From the sequence record NC_061446.1: a stretch of 64,000 nucleotides of DNA. One strand, written 5' to 3'. Within the stretch, counting starts at the first letter, position 1. Each line of letters opens with the position of its first letter. Under the pieces are notes generated by a model, which had not been told where the DNA came from, did no database searches, and saw only the letters and a program-made list of their open reading frames with translations. Shown here piece after piece: positions 20,771-30,077 of the stretch. The translations under genes were made by a program, and so were the position numbers.

Positions 20771-20807
20771 AGAAACGAAAACGGGCAACCCGAAGGCCGC
20801 CCGTTTT
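20771..20807 (-). terminator. Rho-independent terminator closing the non-coding segment
   Basis: AAAACGGGCGGCC-TTCG-GGTTGCCCGTTTTCGTTTC on the minus strand. Confidence 0.85.
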
Positions 20808-20810
20808 CTT

Positions 20811-22063
20811 TGCTTGGATTTGTGTCGCTTAACTCCCTCACACCCGAAGCGAGTGCTCGGTAGCCGAAGCTACTAAGCCGGAGTTAATGGCCGAGAGTGA
20901 AGCCGCACGGCGCGGCAACAGCATGTGACTCTCGGGACCAGATAGCAAACGACCAAGCATCGCAATTGCTATCAACGACACGAAGAACAAAATCATGTTT
21001 GCTCCTGTGTCTCTACTGTAAGGTAAAACATTTGCAAATGTCGATCAAGTTACTTCAAGTTGCCCTTCGCCCAACTTCACTAGGGTTTCAACTCTCTTTC
21101 TCTCTTTACCGCCTAGGCTGCGGAGACCGCGCACAAGAACAACGCTTCAACGATACGTGGGCAGGAAGACACGTACCGCGTTCACATCGCTCAAGCGAAG
21201 GAGGTTACCCATCGGTGATCTGCGGTGGTTAATACACTCTTTAACAATCGCTCTTGTTGTGCATTAGATCGTGGTAGGAACGCGATTGACCGCTAACAAG
21301 TCCTATACGATATTTCACTACCCGAGAATGGGTATCAGCTATGGCAGCACGTCAACAGCAGCGGGGCAGCGGACACACTCCATTAAGCATTGTTAAGGGC
21401 AATGCTCAACAGGCTGTGAACAGCTTTGACCAAATGCAGAGTCGCTCGTCGCCCGACTTCACTTGAGTATCTCGTCTGCACTCTTTTACTCCCTGAATAC
21501 CGTACAAGGAAGACAGCACCCATGAGGGTCTGCGGATGTTTATCACATTAAGACTCTAGCCAACTTAATCCCGTACGCAGTGTGTTGAGTCGTCCGCTGG
21601 ATGACACACTACATACCCCCTCACGTTCGTGCATAAGTGGGATATAGCTGGTGGAAGGTTGTCATGAAGATTGCATCGCCTGGAGGCCTGCCGTTCTTCC
21701 CAATGCACACACGGTGAAAGGCATATGTGCATCAGGCAGCGTAGCTGCAAACTGCTATCCCGATAAGAGGGGCCACAACGTTGAGAGTACGTTCCGCCTG
21801 TCTTACGCGCCTAGAGGCAACTGCCGTGCCATGTCTGAAAAGAATGAAAAACGCTGGGCCTTGTGAGCGTCAGCAGCAGAGCAGCAGTCTATCGCGTGGG
21901 TGCTGGGGTTAATCCTCACGATTACAGAGCATCACACTCTAACCAGCTGGAGGCTTGCCTACTGTGGAACGCAGCGACAAGTTTACAGTCAAACAACGCC
22001 CGCTAAGTACGCCATCTGACTGGGACAAGTTGATATTACTATCTGCAATTTTTATTTACAGAT
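20811..22063 (-). ncRNA. Candidate giant structured non-coding RNA (~1.25 kb)
   Basis: The only large gap without a credible long ORF; more than 12 local and nested helices, a cUUCGg tetraloop, G-U wobbles mostly on the minus strand, and a downstream terminator. Family not recognised. Confidence 0.6.
20838..20996 (-). CDS. Putative 52-aa small membrane peptide (MILFFVSLIAIAMLGRLLSG...)
   Basis: AGGAG SD 5 nt before ATG 20996, TGA at 20838-20840, hydrophobic N-terminus; SD and ATG are sequestered in a hairpin. Confidence 0.4.
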   Translation of the reverse strand: MILFFVSLIAIAMLGRLLSGPESHMLLPRRAASLSAINSGLVASATEHSLRV

Positions 22064-22064
22064 T

Positions 22065-23828
22065 TTAGAACGCCTTACGCTCAATATTTGAATAAAGAGT
22101 ATCGTAAGGTTCTGAGTACAGTTCAGGTCCGCGTTGTGCGCGAATCGTCACGTAGCCTGTGTGACGGTTGAACGCTGTGATTTCGACAGTCGGCTGTTTA
22201 GGCTTGATAGTCGCATAAATCGGAGCATCCAACGTTGGCTCGTCTGTCTGAATCTTATTTACAGATTGCAGCGCAGCGCCAGAGATAGCAGGCAGATTAA
22301 AACGCAGTTCAGCGCGTTTCTGGCCGAATGCCGCGCGAATCATACCGTTCTCCAACTCTACACCGTTTTGCTTGAGATATGCAGCGATGCGACGTCCGAT
22401 ACCAGTAAGCTGATCGCGAGTGCGCGGGTCAAACGTGCCTTCGAAGCTGATTGCTTCTGCGGGCTGACGTACAGACAAATGCAGGCCTGTGTTGAAATAG
22501 CCTTCGGTCAGTAGACGCAGGATTTCTTTCACGACCTCTTTGGTGTTCGTCTTAATAGCAGCGATACGCAGTTCAGGAACGTCCACTTTAATCGGGTCAC
22601 GAAGCTCGGTCTGGTTGTCCATATAGCCGAGTGAGATATGCTTCGCATTGGCATACGTGTGTTGAAGCACACCAGTCGCGCGAATCAATACAGAGCCACC
22701 TTTTGCGAGATCGTAGAGTTCATCGCTGGTGGTTGTGCTGAACAGGTAATAGTCCGTAGGTACTGCCATGCGATTAACAGCTTCAATCGCTTTGGTTTGA
22801 GCTTCTTTGACAGTTGAGCCAAAGACTACGCGGCTACGATTCGGCTGGGCAGCAGATACAGGGAAGAACGCACCATATACCACGCTAACGTTTTTCTTAA
22901 TCGGGCGCTCGGACTGAATCTTCTTACCGCCAGGCAGAGAAGGTAGCTTAACGCCCACCAGCTTACCTTTGACGATAGCTTTGTTCTCTTTGACCGGCTT
23001 GAGGCTGTCAATGAGTTTCGCCAGATCAGCACCGCTAAGAATCTTCTCCAGCGGAACAGCGAGGTTCTGCGGCAGATAGTGTTTCTTGCGGAACATATAG
23101 ATAACGGTGTCTTTCTTGATCTGCACTGGCGTAGCCATGTTGCGACCAACAACACCGACAGGCTGGAACGTATTTGCTTTGTCATCACCGATGGAGCCGA
23201 ACTGCTTAGTGAACTCAGTCTGGCCGATGATGTTAGCAGCGCGTAAATGGCCACGAATGATGAACACGATTTTCGGGTCATCTTTCATGCGCAACTCGTA
23301 GCGGTCACGGTTCAGATAAACCATGCTGTACTTGTCGCCTTTCTCCAGCTCCAGATCGTACTCGTCGTTAGCGTCATCAACAACGACTTTCTTACCTACG
23401 TAGGTACCGTACGTGCGCGGGCCAGCAGACTCAGAAGCAATCTGCAATGCTTTGCCGCTGTTAGATAGGGAGGCAGCGAAGTCCATAACAGCGGGCATCA
23501 GGTCTAAAGACGATGCTACAGCGTATGGCTTGCGCTTCTCACCAAGATGCAAATGAACAGCGCTACTGCTGGACATGAACACGGTTGTGCCTACATCTTC
23601 GTGTGTACCAGCGAAGTGCATACCGCTAATACGTTCGATGATGTTTGCGTTGAGCGATTGGAAGTTTACTTCGCTACCTGCGGTGAAGTCATAAATTTCA
23701 CCGTTACGCCACGCATAGGCAACGTTGTTTGAGCTTAGACCCACGAACGCATCACCCAACTGACGCACGGTCAAGGGCATGATGCTCAGGTCACGAATAA
23801 TCGAGGACTGCTTTTGAATGAGGTTCAT
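22065..23828 (-). CDS. Putative head-internal protein with the shared ~65-aa domain
   Basis: 587 aa; YGTYVGKKVVV...KGDKYS...KDDPKIVF follows several S-x-S motifs (IASESAG). Confidence 0.65.
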   Translation of the reverse strand: MNLIQKQSSIIRDLSIMPLTVRQLGDAFVGLSSNNVAYAWRNGEIYDFTAGSEVNFQSLNANIIERISGMHFAGTHEDVGTTVFMSSSSAVHLHLGEKRKPYAVASSLDLMPAVMDFAASLSNSGKALQIASESAGPRTYGTYVGKKVVVDDANDEYDLELEKGDKYSMVYLNRDRYELRMKDDPKIVFIIRGHLRAANIIGQTEFTKQFGSIGDDKANTFQPVGVVGRNMATPVQIKKDTVIYMFRKKHYLPQNLAVPLEKILSGADLAKLIDSLKPVKENKAIVKGKLVGVKLPSLPGGKKIQSERPIKKNVSVVYGAFFPVSAAQPNRSRVVFGSTVKEAQTKAIEAVNRMAVPTDYYLFSTTTSDELYDLAKGGSVLIRATGVLQHTYANAKHISLGYMDNQTELRDPIKVDVPELRIAAIKTNTKEVVKEILRLLTEGYFNTGLHLSVRQPAEAISFEGTFDPRTRDQLTGIGRRIAAYLKQNGVELENGMIRAAFGQKRAELRFNLPAISGAALQSVNKIQTDEPTLDAPIYATIKPKQPTVEITAFNRHTGYVTIRAQRGPELYSEPYDTLYSNIERKAF

Positions 23829-23836
23829 ATAAATCC

Positions 23837-24271
23837 CTAATACGAAACAATGCGGAAGGCGTTCTGCTTGAGCAGGTTGAGATTACCCAGCATCAGGCTA
23901 TACGCAAGAGTACCGTGCTGTTCAATCAGACTGTCAGGTACAATTGACCCGAAGTAAAGAGCTTTGTCTGGTCGAACATTAATCTCTTCGCCGGTAGACT
24001 TCATTGCGTCAGGGACAACGAAGCACCACGGTTCAGCAACGTACTTACCTTTGACGTACTGAATCCTATAACCAACAGCCATGTGCTGGTCTTTGGTAGG
24101 ACGGTACGCGAAAACATCCGTGTTCTGCTTACGCGATTTGCGGACCGAGAACAGAGCCATAGTGAGGAAGCGCTGTTCGAACTGCGGTATGAACGCATTG
24201 TCTTCGCAAATCTTTTTTAGTACCGCCTCTTGTCGTGCGCGAGGCATCGACGCGTAGAGGTTTAGATTCAT
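23837..24271 (-). CDS. Hypothetical protein, 144 aa
   Basis: Coupled to tmk by an ATGA overlap; no recognised motif. Confidence 0.7.
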   Translation of the reverse strand: MNLNLYASMPRARQEAVLKKICEDNAFIPQFEQRFLTMALFSVRKSRKQNTDVFAYRPTKDQHMAVGYRIQYVKGKYVAEPWCFVVPDAMKSTGEEINVRPDKALYFGSIVPDSLIEQHGTLAYSLMLGNLNLLKQNAFRIVSY

Positions 24272-24882
24272 GACAGCTTGGCGAGAATTTGACGGACAAC
24301 ATCAGACACCGAATTAACCTCAGTGTCGATAATCAAATCGAAACCACCAGGTACTTCGAGGTAGCGTTGGTTGTATTGCTCATACACTTCTTTGGTCTGA
24401 CGCTTCTCAATACGGTCTTCACCGCCAATGCGAATCTTCCGACGCTCAATAGAAGTTTCATAGCTACACGTCAGCAGCACGGTCAGGCGGTTCTCAGGAG
24501 CAAGTGCTTCCCAAGTATGCTGGTAGATGTGCGCGTTAACGTCGGACTCACCAGCCTGATAAACGTAGGTTGATGGGTACCCGCGATCGGCAATAATGAT
24601 CGTGTTTGGTTGATTGTCGAGGATGCGCTCATACGCAGTCATCGTTGAGGAACGCGCGGCAAGGAACAGGAGCAGTTCAGTACGTGGGTCCATGTCCTCG
24701 TTAAGAGGATTTGAATTAGACAGCAGAACATCACGAATGTGTTCAGCTAACGGCGTACCGCCCGGCTCACGTAAGCGTAAAGTATTAATGCCACGCTGCG
24801 TCAGTATTTCAGAAAGAGCAGTACATACGGTGGACTTACCACCGCCTTCGCCGCCTTCGATTAAAACATAGGTTGGTTTCAT
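24268..24882 (-). CDS. tmk: Thymidylate kinase (start revised to ATG 24882)
   Basis: P-loop IEGGEGGGKST, LREPGGT, ELLLFLAAR, ADRGYPST; TAAGGA SD. Confidence 0.93.
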   Translation of the reverse strand: MKPTYVLIEGGEGGGKSTVCTALSEILTQRGINTLRLREPGGTPLAEHIRDVLLSNSNPLNEDMDPRTELLLFLAARSSTMTAYERILDNQPNTIIIADRGYPSTYVYQAGESDVNAHIYQHTWEALAPENRLTVLLTCSYETSIERRKIRIGGEDRIEKRQTKEVYEQYNQRYLEVPGGFDLIIDTEVNSVSDVVRQILAKLS

Positions 24883-24893
24883 AATGCGATTCC

Positions 24894-25385
24894 TTAGGCA
24901 AATCGCCCACCACGCCATGCGGCCTTAATGAGCAACTTCGCCACGATTTCGTTCTTCATTGTCTTTCGCTTGGCATTGCTTCTGACAAATGCAGAGCCGA
25001 ACTTATTCACGACAATCAAACCGCAACCAAGGTCCTTGATACGGTCAATGATTCTATCGCCGTGAGATTCAAACAGCCGTTCATCAATGATGAAGTACAT
25101 ACGCATACAGAAAGGCAAATACTTGTGCCACTTCTTATCGGTGTTGAAGTCGGCCCAGCAACTCTTTACCTCAGTGATAATCATATCGCATTTGGTATTC
25201 AGGCAGAACACGTCAGCCCTTAAGTTACCGTGCTTAATCAGTCCAAGTTCAACGTGGCATGAATAGCGTTTGTCAATCCAGTAGCGTTGTGCAGCTTCGG
25301 TAAGAAAGGCCGTCTTATCAGGACGGCTCATTGATTTAAATACAGCGGTCTGAATGGGTTCAGCTTTGCGCCGCTTATAGGCCAT
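24894..25385 (-). CDS. MmcB-like PD-(D/E)xK nuclease/DNA repair protein
   Basis: RADVFCL...ITEVKSCWADFNTDKKWHKYLPFCMRMYF matches the MmcB pattern. Confidence 0.8.
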   Translation of the reverse strand: MAYKRRKAEPIQTAVFKSMSRPDKTAFLTEAAQRYWIDKRYSCHVELGLIKHGNLRADVFCLNTKCDMIITEVKSCWADFNTDKKWHKYLPFCMRMYFIIDERLFESHGDRIIDRIKDLGCGLIVVNKFGSAFVRSNAKRKTMKNEIVAKLLIKAAWRGGRFA

Positions 25386-25833
25386 ACGAGTCGATAATGT
25401 CCAGGGCTTGCTCTACGATAGGACGAAGTTTCTTATCCAATTTACGCAGAGCCTTATCCGCTTTGAACCATTTGCGTTCACGCGTCAGGGCTTCGTCGTA
25501 CTCGGTCAGCATAGTCTTGACCTTCATGACGTACCATTCAACGTGTTGCTCACGGCCGGTCTTGCCTTTGACGTAGCGCATAATGTCTACGAAGTCTTTT
25601 GGCTTACCGAGGACACCAGCTTCCTCCATGGCCTCTTTCAGAGCACTGTCCAGTGGAGTCATTCCCTTCTCCACCCCGCCTTTCGGCAGACCCCAGTTGC
25701 CAGCGTGAGTGGTACGAATCAACAACAGCTCAATCGTACCATCACTTCTTTTTCTGTATGGAATAACGCCCGACTGTTTGCGAGGTTTCTTCTCGCTTGG
25801 CAGTTTAGCAGACAATGATACGTTGATCATCAT
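25375..25833 (-). CDS. Nudix hydrolase
   Basis: WGLPKGGVEKGMTPLDSALKEAMEEAGV Nudix box. Confidence 0.9.
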   Translation of the reverse strand: MMINVSLSAKLPSEKKPRKQSGVIPYRKRSDGTIELLLIRTTHAGNWGLPKGGVEKGMTPLDSALKEAMEEAGVLGKPKDFVDIMRYVKGKTGREQHVEWYVMKVKTMLTEYDEALTRERKWFKADKALRKLDKKLRPIVEQALDIIDSYGL

Positions 25834-26333
25834 AATGAATCGAGTCCCCGTGGCAGGTCAACATCCCAGCTACCGGCATTGTCTTTCCACAGGCCCTGAT
25901 CTTGCAACGTTCTGTAGGCATCAAACAGAGTTGCACGGGCTTGCACCGAGACTTCATTCGAACCGGCGGCACCTAAACTATAGCTGTACATACAGCCTGG
26001 GAAGTATTGTAGACGGCAGGACTCAAACGTGTCAAACACAATTTGGCCCTCTGCGTCGGCTACAACGCAGTGTGATGCCATACCACCTTGACCCAAAACA
26101 ACGATCTGATAGTCAGGATGTTTGTTGTAGACACGTTGAATAAACTCGGCTGCTTCTGCAAACGGTCGGGCTACTTGCGCAGCACGGTGACAGTTCTGTT
26201 CTACCGCAGACTCAGAAAGAGAGCGAGCGCCAGTCAGATTCATAGCCGAGGCAAAGATAAGAGTTGTGAGCGCTTCAGGCTCAACAGCAGTGGGGAAAAA
26301 CTTTGTGCCCCACGCTTGAGATAGCGAAAGCAT
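25830..26333 (-). CDS. Hypothetical protein with N-terminal LSLS / LSES motifs
   Basis: 167 aa; SD AAGGAG; late-promoter motif 30 nt upstream. Confidence 0.7.
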   Translation of the reverse strand: MLSLSQAWGTKFFPTAVEPEALTTLIFASAMNLTGARSLSESAVEQNCHRAAQVARPFAEAAEFIQRVYNKHPDYQIVVLGQGGMASHCVVADAEGQIVFDTFESCRLQYFPGCMYSYSLGAAGSNEVSVQARATLFDAYRTLQDQGLWKDNAGSWDVDLPRGLDSL

Positions 26334-26362
26334 GGACGTCTCCTTATACGATAGTCTCAGCT

Positions 26363-26370
26363 AAATTAGC
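26363..26370 (-). promoter_or_regulatory. GCTAATTT putative late-promoter motif
   Basis: Sits in a short intergenic gap 30 nt upstream of the start at 26333. Confidence 0.65.
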
Positions 26371-26371
26371 G

Positions 26372-26662
26372 TCAGTCGTGCGGACAGTTAAGCACTTGCT
26401 TGCGATTCTGCATAAAATCACGTGGAGCAGGACCAGAGATTACGACAGCATGTTTAACACGATGCTTTGTCGGTTTCTTTGATACATTGCAGCCAGCATG
26501 AGACAGTGCATCAAACGCAGCAGCAGCGGCCGGACCGGAAATAACGAGCGTGTGGGCGAAGAAAGGCTTACCCACTTTCTTCATTGTTCTGCCCATCAGT
26601 TCGTAGATGTGTTGCGCTTCTGCAACAGACGGCACAGTACCGCACCAAATATCGAACGTCAT
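26372..26662 (-). CDS. Hypothetical protein, 96 aa
   Basis: Coupled to the upstream ORF by an ATGA overlap. Confidence 0.65.
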   Translation of the reverse strand: MTFDIWCGTVPSVAEAQHIYELMGRTMKKVGKPFFAHTLVISGPAAAAAFDALSHAGCNVSKKPTKHRVKHAVVISGPAPRDFMQNRKQVLNCPHD

Positions 26663-27384
26663 TTCGCACCGTCCTTAATCATAAGAACGCCATTGAAAAT
26701 ACCGAACTTATCAGTGAAGCCGCTGAGGACATTATGGAGACTGCCGTCAGAATCAGGGCTGCCGTAAGGATCAAAAGCTGTGACGTCGATTTGCAAATGA
26801 GATGAACTGATGGTATCGCGTCCCTTTTCCGCAAGAAAGAGGGTATGGCCAGAAAAGCGCTGCTTATCAGTAATGAGCACACCCATGTTATTCCACGTAC
26901 GGGAAGAGGTTTCCAGCACAAAGACAGACGCTTCGAAAAAGTTGCATCCCAACTCAGGCTTGATCTCTTCGATGTAGTGAGCATCTTCGTGGTCAGTAAC
27001 AACAACGTCCACCGTAATGAAATCAGCTTCATTGCGACGGTTTCGCAACCACTGCCGCATACAGCGTTCAAAGTAGTCAGCCATCGCACAACAGATGCAG
27101 CTAAAGTTGGACGGGTCTTTCTTGGCGCGCGGTATGGCTGTAAGGCTGCGTTCATCAAATTTCCAGCTAACGTGATCAGTAACGAGGGTACCACTCTGCA
27201 TCTCAACTTCTTCATCGTTGATAAAGAAAAGGTTGGAGCGCTGCAAAGCGATGTTGGACATGACGTGAAGCGCACTGCTCCGTAGACCAAGCGGATGCTG
27301 AATCATAACACGGGCAGTAACGACACGCGGAACTCCGCCGTCCAAATAAGCGAAGTTCATTACACGTTGTAACACGGTGCGCAT
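26659..27384 (-). CDS. Hypothetical protein, 241 aa
   Basis: Fills the gap downstream of the spike gene; AAGGA SD. Confidence 0.7.
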   Translation of the reverse strand: MRTVLQRVMNFAYLDGGVPRVVTARVMIQHPLGLRSSALHVMSNIALQRSNLFFINDEEVEMQSGTLVTDHVSWKFDERSLTAIPRAKKDPSNFSCICCAMADYFERCMRQWLRNRRNEADFITVDVVVTDHEDAHYIEEIKPELGCNFFEASVFVLETSSRTWNNMGVLITDKQRFSGHTLFLAEKGRDTISSSHLQIDVTAFDPYGSPDSDGSLHNVLSGFTDKFGIFNGVLMIKDGAK

Positions 27385-27394
27385 AATGCGTCCT

Positions 27395-28183
27395 TTAGTT
27401 CAGGTTGATTGTCTGTCCATTTACAGATACATCTTGACCCGCTTCAATGCTAACAGCACCTTTCACGTCAAGCACATCATCGCCTTTAACAGTGACCTTG
27501 CGGCTGCCACCAATCTCAACAGTCTGGTTGCCTGTAATCTTAGTATACTGATTACCGCCGTCACCCTTAGCAGTACCTTTGAACTTGATACGCTTCTTTG
27601 GGTCAGGCTTGAGATTCTTAGGTGTCATCGTTGGGTCATTCAGAATGTAGTCAGGAATATCATTCTTCGTACCTGTGATGATAAGCTGTTGGTTGCCAAC
27701 AATCGTTTGGTTAACGTCGCCCATAATCGTCATGTGAAAATCACCAGACGTCACGAGGAAGTGTTCGTTGGTCATACGATCAATGATAAGTTGGGTGCCT
27801 GTAGACAGACGAATACCCATGCGATGTGGATAGTTCACCTGAAACTCAGGCAACATGTCGGCTTGCGTCATACGCACGTCAGTAGTATAGATACCTTCAT
27901 GCAACTGACCAGTAGGGAATTTAACGCCTACCTTGCCACCACGAGTAGGAATGAACTGAGCGCCGAACACGACTCCTTGACTCCCACCCTTGAGTCCTTC
28001 CAGATGACCAACAGCCGGGCGAATCCACGGAATAGACTCGTCAGGAATATCGTCAGTCAGACCCATAATACGCGCACGAATCTGGCAGATTTTCTGAGGG
28101 TCGTTATTGTCGATAACGATAGCCTCATACACCATCTGCGGGTCGATGCCTTTCTTTGAGTTAACTGTATTGAGTGGAATCAT
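27395..28183 (-). CDS. Baseplate central spike (gp5/gpV-like OB fold plus beta-helix)
   Basis: YEAIVIDNNDPQKICQIRARI...IPWIRP...P.RGGKVGV.F; C-terminal VxG repeats. Confidence 0.88.
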   Translation of the reverse strand: MIPLNTVNSKKGIDPQMVYEAIVIDNNDPQKICQIRARIMGLTDDIPDESIPWIRPAVGHLEGLKGGSQGVVFGAQFIPTRGGKVGVKFPTGQLHEGIYTTDVRMTQADMLPEFQVNYPHRMGIRLSTGTQLIIDRMTNEHFLVTSGDFHMTIMGDVNQTIVGNQQLIITGTKNDIPDYILNDPTMTPKNLKPDPKKRIKFKGTAKGDGGNQYTKITGNQTVEIGGSRKVTVKGDDVLDVKGAVSIEAGQDVSVNGQTINLN

Positions 28184-30075
28184 TTGTTCACCCGTGGTAA
28201 ATACATTTCAAGTTTCTCACCGTCAGGCGTACCATTCTTACCAGAGCCATCAACAGTACCATCGCCTAGAGAGCACAGGAAGTTACGCAGGTTCTCTTCC
28301 TGTTGACGAATGAGTTGTGCAAGGTTGGTGCTTGGACCAAGCAGCTTGCTAATAGAGAACGCGTCAAGACACTTATCAGGCAGGGCGTCGTCGAGCATAC
28401 GGTTCATGTCCTCCAGTCTGTTACTGACACAGCGCTGGTTGATTTGAGGACCATCGAGATACTCAGCCGGAATATCACCGTTAGCGATCAGGCCGTTCAC
28501 GTCATTGGTGAAACCACCGAGCATGTTTTCCATGCTATCAATACGCGAGGCAAGCGCACCAAGTATGCTGCCTTTGTAATTGATTGCAAGATTGACACTC
28601 AGCTTTTCCAGACTGTTCAGAGCGTTACAGATGCCAGTAAGATACTTGGCCATGTTGAACTCTTGCATCAGACTATTCAGATAGTCAGCGCCTTCGCCAT
28701 ACTTCGCCGCCAGCTCAGGGAACTTGAACATCTCACTATCAGTCTGGAACTGGTCGAGCATAACGTCAAGCTGTAGGCTATGTGTCTGCGCTAACCAGTC
28801 TATAGGGTTCGAGCCATCGAGCGCCTGTTTGATGTTCGAGTTGATCTGAAATGGACGCAGAATATTCGCAACAGTAGACAATGGCGTTTGAATGATGTTT
28901 GAGCCACCACCAATGTTTGACGTGCCTTCAACAGGAGTGAAGTTGCGACTCAGCAGAAAGGCTTCACTGTACATTCCACCAACGTAAACGCGTGTACGAC
29001 CAATCACCAGCCACTTACCTGACAGCTTAATGTCAGTCTCAACTTCACGCTTACCGTTTATCACACCAGCAGACACGTCAACAATATCAAACAGGTCTAC
29101 CTCAGGGCAGCCGCCAAGAATAAGAGCGCGAGCAGTCTCGGTATACGCCATAGACTGACGTTTATTCGAGTAGTATGCCTGCATGTACTTGTCATGGATG
29201 TTTATATCGTTGGTGGGCCGGGCATACGCTTTACGTGTACCAGCAATATCACCACGAACGTCGCTGTTAATGTTCAGAGGATCGCGGCTCTTAACGGTCA
29301 CGGTTGCAAGCTCATTCGTCTTGCCACTCGAATCAGTCCACAGCAGCTTCTCGCCGTAGTTGGACATACCGTTAAAGATACCACTCATTGACTTCGGACG
29401 GAACTCATGTAGATTGTATAGAGGAGATTCGCCGATAGGCTTATGGTTGAACAGCCAGTACGCCTTAGGGTCTTCATCAAAGAGTTTGTTTATGTCACGC
29501 ACGACCATGCGCTTGTCTGCCGTAATGAACATCTTCGGCAGCGCTTCTTCCGAGATCCACATATGCTGTTCGATCTCATGCGCAAACTTCTTAGGCGAGC
29601 ACGTTGCAGATACCCAGTTCATGATATCCGACGTTTGCACATCACCGAAGTCAGGCGTTAAGCCACCGAACGAGGCAACTTGTTTCAGAGCGTCAATGGA
29701 GGTTCCGCGAATGCTAAAGCTACGCGTATCGAAGATGAAGGTGGGAGCGTCGAGAATACACAACACGTTAAGCATTGGTGTTCCGCCTTCACCATACTCC
29801 CTGACTGCATAGACAGAGAACGTAAGCGTAGACGCTGACTCCTGATCAGGACCCATCACCATTGTTATCTTCGTGCCGTCTACAATCGCGTGAGTGGATC
29901 GTAATACGTTCGTCTGGTCAGAGAATATGATCAGAGCGCAGGGCAATGCAAATGTGTTTTCGTACACATGAACGGAGCGGATAAGGTTAGGCATAGACGG
30001 CGGTGCTTTGCCGTCTAACAGAATACCGAAGTAACCTTGATCCTTTACGCCACCAGAAGTAGCTTGATCAGACAT
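28180..30075 (-). CDS. Baseplate hub (gp27/late control D-like) with a helical C-terminal extension
   Basis: Directly upstream of the spike; VHVYENTFALPCALIIFSD, LSGKWLVIGRT. Confidence 0.7.
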   Translation of the reverse strand: MSDQATSGGVKDQGYFGILLDGKAPPSMPNLIRSVHVYENTFALPCALIIFSDQTNVLRSTHAIVDGTKITMVMGPDQESASTLTFSVYAVREYGEGGTPMLNVLCILDAPTFIFDTRSFSIRGTSIDALKQVASFGGLTPDFGDVQTSDIMNWVSATCSPKKFAHEIEQHMWISEEALPKMFITADKRMVVRDINKLFDEDPKAYWLFNHKPIGESPLYNLHEFRPKSMSGIFNGMSNYGEKLLWTDSSGKTNELATVTVKSRDPLNINSDVRGDIAGTRKAYARPTNDINIHDKYMQAYYSNKRQSMAYTETARALILGGCPEVDLFDIVDVSAGVINGKREVETDIKLSGKWLVIGRTRVYVGGMYSEAFLLSRNFTPVEGTSNIGGGSNIIQTPLSTVANILRPFQINSNIKQALDGSNPIDWLAQTHSLQLDVMLDQFQTDSEMFKFPELAAKYGEGADYLNSLMQEFNMAKYLTGICNALNSLEKLSVNLAINYKGSILGALASRIDSMENMLGGFTNDVNGLIANGDIPAEYLDGPQINQRCVSNRLEDMNRMLDDALPDKCLDAFSISKLLGPSTNLAQLIRQQEENLRNFLCSLGDGTVDGSGKNGTPDGEKLEMYLPRVNK

Positions 30076-30077
30076 GA

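Noticed and set aside
20897-21866. Short ORFs in the non-coding gap (20897-21232 +, 21565-21750 -, 21651-21866 +)
   Set aside because: No SD, atypical composition and mostly against the window-wide strand bias.
20811-22063. tmRNA, RNase P RNA, tRNA, group I/II intron or CRISPR array
   Set aside because: No tRNA-like ends, catalytic-core consensus, domain V, split host gene or regularly spaced repeats were recognised by eye; an Rfam scan is still needed.
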